Virus record (IMG/VR): IMGVR_UViG_643348546_000001
Reading direction: 5' to 3' (one strand)
DNA: 48,686 nucleotides
Source of the DNA: a virus
Taxonomy: Duplodnaviria > Heunggongvirae > Uroviricota > Caudoviricetes
The position numbers and the translations under genes were made by a program. Each line of letters opens with the position of its first letter. Positions within the stretch are counted from its first letter, which is position 1. Under the pieces are notes generated by a model. The model worked only from the letters and a program-made list of their open reading frames with translations. It made no database searches and was not told the DNA's origin. Below are positions 44,701 to 48,686 of the stretch, one piece after another.

Positions 44701-45484
44701 CTTTAGCGGAGCTGAGATACTGCTAAATGGTAATGACGGCGCGGTTCAACTCAAAACAGGTGCTGTTAACGGTGCTAAAGCGCAGGCGCTCACTATCAAC
44801 AAGGATGAGGTTAACTCAACTGTTGATTTAACTCTTACAAAACAAACAGGGACTGGAAATCGTTTTGTTTTACAGAACTTAGGTAATACAGAACTATCAT
44901 TTGCCGCAAAAGTATGGGGATCAAGTGATCGACAAAACGTTTTTGAGGTTGGAACGTCTGCTGCGTATCTGTTTTATGCGCAAAAAACGTCAGCAGGCCA
45001 GTTGTTTGATGTAAATGGCGCTATTAATTGCACAACGCTGAATCAGTCATCAGACCGCGACCTTAAAGACGATATTCTCGTTATCAGCGACGCGACGAAA
45101 GCAATCCGTAAAATGAACGGATACACCTACACGCTCAGGGAAAACGGGATGCCTTATGCTGGCGTTATTGCACAGGAAGTAATGGAGGCGATACCAGAAG
45201 CTGTGGGATCGTTTACTCATTATGGTGAAGAGTTGCAAGGTCCGACCGTTGACGGCAACGAGCTACGCGAAGAAACTCGCTATCTTAATGTTGACTACTC
45301 CGCCGTGACGGGTTTACTTGTTCAGGTCGCCCGTGAAACAGATGATCGCGTTACCGCGCTGGAAGAGGAAAACACAACGCTACGTCAAAATCTGGCAACA
45401 GCAGGCACCCGGATCAGCACTCTGGAAAATCAGGTAAGCGAACTGGTTGCACTTGTCCGGCAGTTAACAGGAAGCGAACATTGA
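41723..45484 (+). CDS. stf: Side tail fibre protein Stf with C-terminal intramolecular-chaperone (peptidase S74-like) domain
   Basis: 1253-aa ORF; N-terminal about 130 aa match lambda Stf (MAVKISGVLKDGAGKPVQNCTIQLKA...); long Ala/Ser/Thr-rich KxSETNA repeat region; C-terminal SDRDLKDDI...GYTYTL...LEEENTTLRQ resembles self-cleaving chaperone domains of endosialidase / L-shaped tail fibres. Confidence 0.88.
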   Translation: MNMAVKISGVLKDGAGKPVQNCTIQLKAKRNSTTVVVNTVASENPDEAGRYSMDVEHGQYSVILLVEGFPPSHAGTITVYEDSQPGTLNDFLGAMTEDDARPEALRRFELMVEEVARNASAVAQNTAAAKKSASDAGTSAREAATHATDAAGSARAASTSAGQAASSAQSASSSAGTASTKATEASKSAAAAESSKSAAATSAGAAKTSETNAAVSQKSAATSASTATTKASEAATSARDAAASKEVAKSSETNASSSASSAASSATAAGNSAKAAKTSETNADNSAQAAADSQTASANSATAAKKSETNAKNSEAAAKSSETNAKASETNAKSSETNAAKSAADALNYRNQAQGIVGTNIGLGSSPRDCSDISGNPSGYIGFMRIMADATGFPSIASGESSLTGFISQVDGTPAYTGVFQGWTTRSLYTYRWSPTTGPQWTRHARKDEVIRFQRSSNTRTVILSTDVQADGCYLQVDADGQWGAFNPKAGRWQPLAVAQGGTGANDASTARSKLEVMFEAKTGLDANTNLNDIKGTTAGFYYQPMSANAKPELNYPIQLAGALMVLKDGANVGYSCIQIYYVYNNPRISYSRTYNGGSDTWSDWVKNVSTERVDDWTSETWIYNHDKSMRLGLTGSTWGCYSDTQKKWIPLDVSHGGTGAATVDGVRTNLGLGRNNSPQLNSLFLDRYSDSTNTYTSSGILHTRLLATDSTVRLGADMYVETLSNEPGQLTIRFTYDGSTGASKYLNLNSEGNLIVDSAILKSTVEKPLQIRSANPAIRFNETDRPANTPTYTLIANAGDWFIQKRDYDDAGSVSNAIAYNFANDRIDVQNLKASGLITANSGIATLTGHDWNAQHTDNVDKFRPIAGSTNGPAGSMVLGGIHVQFSKNYAVQFGGRNSGFWGRTIENGTTQEWKKLLTVDDLNSSTALAVRSLTTSNPIKSGGGRIDVLGSTSDYSKMDCFVRGFDSTGNSLAWALGSSVGVSKMLSLKNFFSGAEILLNGNDGAVQLKTGAVNGAKAQALTINKDEVNSTVDLTLTKQTGTGNRFVLQNLGNTELSFAAKVWGSSDRQNVFEVGTSAAYLFYAQKTSAGQLFDVNGAINCTTLNQSSDRDLKDDILVISDATKAIRKMNGYTYTLRENGMPYAGVIAQEVMEAIPEAVGSFTHYGEELQGPTVDGNELREETRYLNVDYSAVTGLLVQVARETDDRVTALEEENTTLRQNLATAGTRISTLENQVSELVALVRQLTGSEH

Positions 45485-45760
45485 TATCCTTCAAGCCCTG
45501 AAGGAGGCTGTTCCTGGTACGTTCAGACTGTTGCTGAGCTGGAGATCGCAACGGAGGAAGAGACATCGTTACTGACGGCATGGAAGACATATCGGGTGTT
45601 GCTGAACAGTGTTGATACATCAGTAGCACCGGATATTGAATGGCCAGTAGCACCTATAGGGTAAATTCGTAATGATTACCTAAATACGTTATTCTTTTGT
45701 TAAAAAAGTGATTTTGCTATAGGTAGGGAGTATGTTCTTGGATTAAGAATAAAAAATCGC

Positions 45761-45790
45761 CATGAAAGAGCTTCATGGCGAGTACATAAA
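45761..45790 (-). terminator. Putative intrinsic terminator (minus strand)
   Basis: 9-bp stem CGCCATGAA / TTCATGGCG with a 5-nt loop, followed on the minus strand by ATTTTTTATT. Confidence 0.4.
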
Positions 45791-46524
45791 CGTACAAAAT
45801 GTGATGAAAGTAGAGTGGCGTAAGCCACAATATTAAGATATGACAATAGCGAAGAAAAGTAAATAACATTTTATGGACGTTTAATTGTTAATTATAAAAA
45901 CTAGAGTGCCCGATATTGTTTATCTTGCTTTAAAATAATGTACTCAAACCAAATTTTTGAGCTAAAAGCTCAAATAATATAAATGCAATGATAATGTTTA
46001 ATAAGACAATTAGCTTGCTTTGTATTTTCATTTCGGAATACTGTTAAGTAACTTTGATGATCCTAACAATAGATCGGAATTTTCTTAGAGTCAATGGTCA
46101 CTGTTTTTGCTTGCAAAGCAAATGTTTTGGTGGTTATAAGTTGTCTTAATATAGTCACGCATGCAACTTGTTCCATGCGGAGATTAAAGATTGGAATATA
46201 ACGCGAAGATGGAATTAAATTACATTTGCAATAATCAATTTATTATTACTCAATAATTACCGATATTATTATTGTAAATTAATCATTAGAGTGCAAAAAG
46301 AAATGTAACGGCAAAATAAGAGGACGATAGCTGAGAAAAAAGCGTGCTTTCCCAATCTGGGGCAAATCACGTCTGAATGACACCTGAAAACAGGTGGTAG
46401 CCTCAAGAAGGCTTGGAATATTCTTCTTTAATGTTATGTAATTCATTGATTTTTCGTGTACAATTTTAAGACATTTATTCCAAGAGAAATTTTTAACTCT
46501 TTGATTTTTCGACTCTGTATCATC

Positions 46525-46585
46525 GGTCTCGAAAACCGGAGTAGGGGCAACTCTACCGGGGGGTCAAATCCCCCTCTCTCCGCCA
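46525..46585 (+). other. 3' segment (about 61 nt, anticodon stem to CCA-proximal end) of a tRNA-Ser gene, with one T-loop substitution; probable integration-site remnant
   Basis: GGTCTCGAAAACCGGAGTAGGGGCAACTCTACCGGGGGGTCAAATCCCCCTCTCTCCGCCA matches the remembered 3' two-thirds of E. coli serU (CGA anticodon) except GGGGGTTCAAATC to GGGGGGTCAAATC; the 5' acceptor/D-arm is absent. Confidence 0.7.
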
Positions 46586-47169
46586 CTTTATCAATGACTT
46601 ATCTCCCGACTTCCCGCCTTGCTTTTCCTAAACAGAACAATCGTAGAATATTCTTGAAGGGTTAGATCGTCACTGTTTTCTGTTCGATACTGTGACATTC
46701 AGCACTTGATTCGCTATGGATCTGACAGGAAGGTTTTGAGCGAAAATTTGCAGTTATTCAGTCGTTTTCTTATCGGTCACCATTATTCTTTTAGACATTG
46801 ATCCTACAAAGCTGCCGCAAAGTTGGTGGTGGGAACTGAAGTTGCGTAGAGAAGGGGTCAATACCCGGAGGCAAACATGGGCTGGCAAAAGTGTAGCGGT
46901 ATTAGGCGCAGCTATTTAGCCTAGTTATGTTTTATGAAAACTTGATATCATATAAGTGTCTTACTTATTGGCTGTAAATAAGTTTTTCCTAAGGAATTGT
47001 TTCTTGAGTATCATTTGTAACTGTAACGGAATTTATAATCCTTTGCTTTATTGTTACGGTATTTTTTATTACACCCTATTTTTTATGTGGTTTTTTATAC
47101 TGACGTTTGGCAAAGTGAACTTTATATGCATATACTTCATCCTGGTTTCAGTTAAGTTGGGTGGATGAT

Positions 47170-47913
47170 ATGGCAACTACATGTTCAGTTATATTGATTT
47201 TGGAGTCCTTTGATGTTTATTTCGGAAAAGAGAGTGTGTTTCTGGAGAGAGGTTCATCTGTACTTGTCGACTCTAGCTCTAGAGATTTTTTCCTGACATA
47301 TCCTGAAAGAGTGATAGTGGCGGATTTTGGCGCTGAGTTTATTAGTCGCTATTTGAAAGCTAATAACTTAAGGGATATTTCTGATTGTAGGGAATATCCA
47401 TCTTATTTAAAAATAAACTTTGCTGACTTCAGTTTAATTAAAGGATTAATTAGTTGGGCTAATCACTGTGCTGAATACATAGAAATTTTTGATGAGTCTA
47501 TTGCTTTTACATGTCTCTCTGCATTTTCTTCTGAAAAACAATTTGGAGTATTTCTGTTTGAATGTTTGAAAAGCACAGAGGCTAAAGTTAAAACGATTAT
47601 TCATACGGATTTATCTGCACCATGGCGTCTTAAGGATATATCATCAAGATTATATCTCAGCGAAAGTTTACTAAAGAGGAAATTGAAAGAAGAGGGGGTA
47701 TCATTCAGTAAGATCATACTTGATGAAAGGATGCAAATGGCTGAATATTTACTCAGCACTCGTTGTTATCCTATTAGTAAAGTAGCTAAGGTCTGTGGTT
47801 ATGCCAGTGTCTCATACTTTACTTATGTATTTAGACGTTATTTTGGTGTTTCTCCAAGTCAATACTCTCAGAGGAGTTCAGAAAGTAAAATTCTTACTCA
47901 CCAGGGAATCTGA
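47170..47913 (+). CDS. AraC/XylS-family transcriptional regulator (AppY/EnvY-like; AT-rich, horizontally acquired)
   Basis: ORF 47161-47913, ATG at 47170 preferred (GGTGGA RBS); C-terminal double HTH typical of AraC family (SKVAKVCGYASVSYFTYVFRRYFGVSPSQY); AT-rich codon usage. Confidence 0.85.
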   Translation: MATTCSVILILESFDVYFGKESVFLERGSSVLVDSSSRDFFLTYPERVIVADFGAEFISRYLKANNLRDISDCREYPSYLKINFADFSLIKGLISWANHCAEYIEIFDESIAFTCLSAFSSEKQFGVFLFECLKSTEAKVKTIIHTDLSAPWRLKDISSRLYLSESLLKRKLKEEGVSFSKIILDERMQMAEYLLSTRCYPISKVAKVCGYASVSYFTYVFRRYFGVSPSQYSQRSSESKILTHQGI

Positions 47914-47954
47914 TCATTGTTCTTGCCCCCTTATTTCCAGACAGGGGGTGTATC

Positions 47955-48420
47955 TTAAGTTAACGTTACCCGCTGACGTCGATATTCTCGCGGAGAGCGA
48001 TAACCCAACGCACTGTGCGGATGGTTTTCATTGTAATGATCGATCGCCACTGCAAGATTATGCAATGCCGTTCTTACATTCGGTTTCGGCATGAACGCGA
48101 TGTAGTCTTCCTTCATCGTTTTCACGAACCTTTCTGCCATTCCATTACTCTGAGGACTGCTGATTGCCGTTGTGCAGGGCTCCAGATTCAACTCTCTGGC
48201 GAACTGCCATGTTTCATGCGCTCTATACGCTGAACCGTTATCTGTCAGCCACTGGATGGACTGTTCCGGTACTTTATCGCCAAAGCGTTTTTCTATCGCT
48301 CCTAACATGACATCCTGCACTGTCGCTTTATCGTAACCTCCCGTGCTTGCGGCCCAGTCTATGGCTTCACGATCGCAACAGTCCAGGGCGAACGTAACAC
48401 GCAGTTTTGAATCGCCACGG
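47955..48420 (-). pseudogene. 5'-truncated IS3-family (IS2-group-like) transposase OrfB fragment
   Basis: C-terminal DDE-domain segment ([14 protein letters not shown]...[11 protein letters not shown]...[14 protein letters not shown]) resembles remembered IS2 InsD; similarity continues upstream of the first Met to about 48420 with no start codon. Confidence 0.75.
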
Positions 48421-48464
48421 GTTTAACAGACACCTCAGAGTCATTTAAGATGGCTTAAAGAGAG

Positions 48465-48686
48465 GTGCCCATGAGCGGTAAGCGTTATCCCGAAGAGTTT
48501 AAAACTGAAGCAGTCAAACAGGTTGTTGATCGCGGTTATTCTGTTGCCAGCGTTGCAACACGTCTCGATATCACCACCCACAGCCTTTATGCCTGGATAA
48601 AGAAGTACGGTCCGGATTACTCCACTTTTTCATCAAGCCAATCCGCCCACCACTGCATCATTTCTCTGCGCTTATCGAGATACTGA
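48465..48686 (+). pseudogene. IS3-family transposase OrfA, probably disrupted after about 50 codons
   Basis: N-terminal HTH region MSGKRYPEEFKTEAVKQVVDRGYSVASVATRLDITTHSLYAWIKKYGPD is typical of IS3-family OrfA; the remaining about 20 residues are atypical and end at the window edge. Confidence 0.6.

Noticed and set aside
45485-46524. Lambda attachment core (GCTTTTTTATACTAA) expected downstream of the tail fibre genes as attR
   Set aside because: Not found on either strand in this interval; the prophage boundary on this side cannot be placed from the window alone, and attL would lie to the left of position 1.
46456-46665. 69-aa plus-strand ORF
   Set aside because: It overlaps the tRNA-Ser 3' fragment; the conservation is at the RNA-gene level, not protein.

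Overview
The window is almost entirely one mosaic lambdoid (lambda-like) prophage, running from the integrase at position 1 to a side tail fibre gene ending at 45484. Order: int-xis | IS3-family insertion | accessory early-left genes (Ea22-like, TraR-like zinc finger, lambda orf61/63/60a-like) | Red exo-bet-gam | non-lambda immunity region (PL/OL, a two-gene cargo module in the rexAB slot, CI-like repressor, divergent PRM/PR, Cro-like, YdaT-like CII analogue) | chimeric O with its own iteron origin, lambda P and Ren | a small cargo island | DLP12/phage-82-like nin/Q block (ybcN, ninE, ybcO, rusA, ylcG, Q) | porin conversion gene (nmpC/lc type) on the opposite strand | phage-21-type lysis cassette with Rz/Rz1, bor | cos | a complete lambda morphogenetic module (Nu1 through J), lom and a long side tail fibre. 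The right end (45.5-48.7 kb) is an AT-rich, ORF-poor stretch with a partial tRNA-Ser 3' segment, an AraC/XylS-family regulator and remnants of two IS3-family elements. Identifications come from reading the supplied translations against remembered lambda/DLP12 protein sequences and motifs; no database search was run. The two best candidates for an undescribed system are (a) the HTH/ImmA-metallopeptidase plus PIN-like pair sitting where lambda carries rexAB, and (b) the zinc-ribbon protein plus HEPN-like (R-x4-H) protein island between ren and ybcN, which has a decayed second copy next to the IS.
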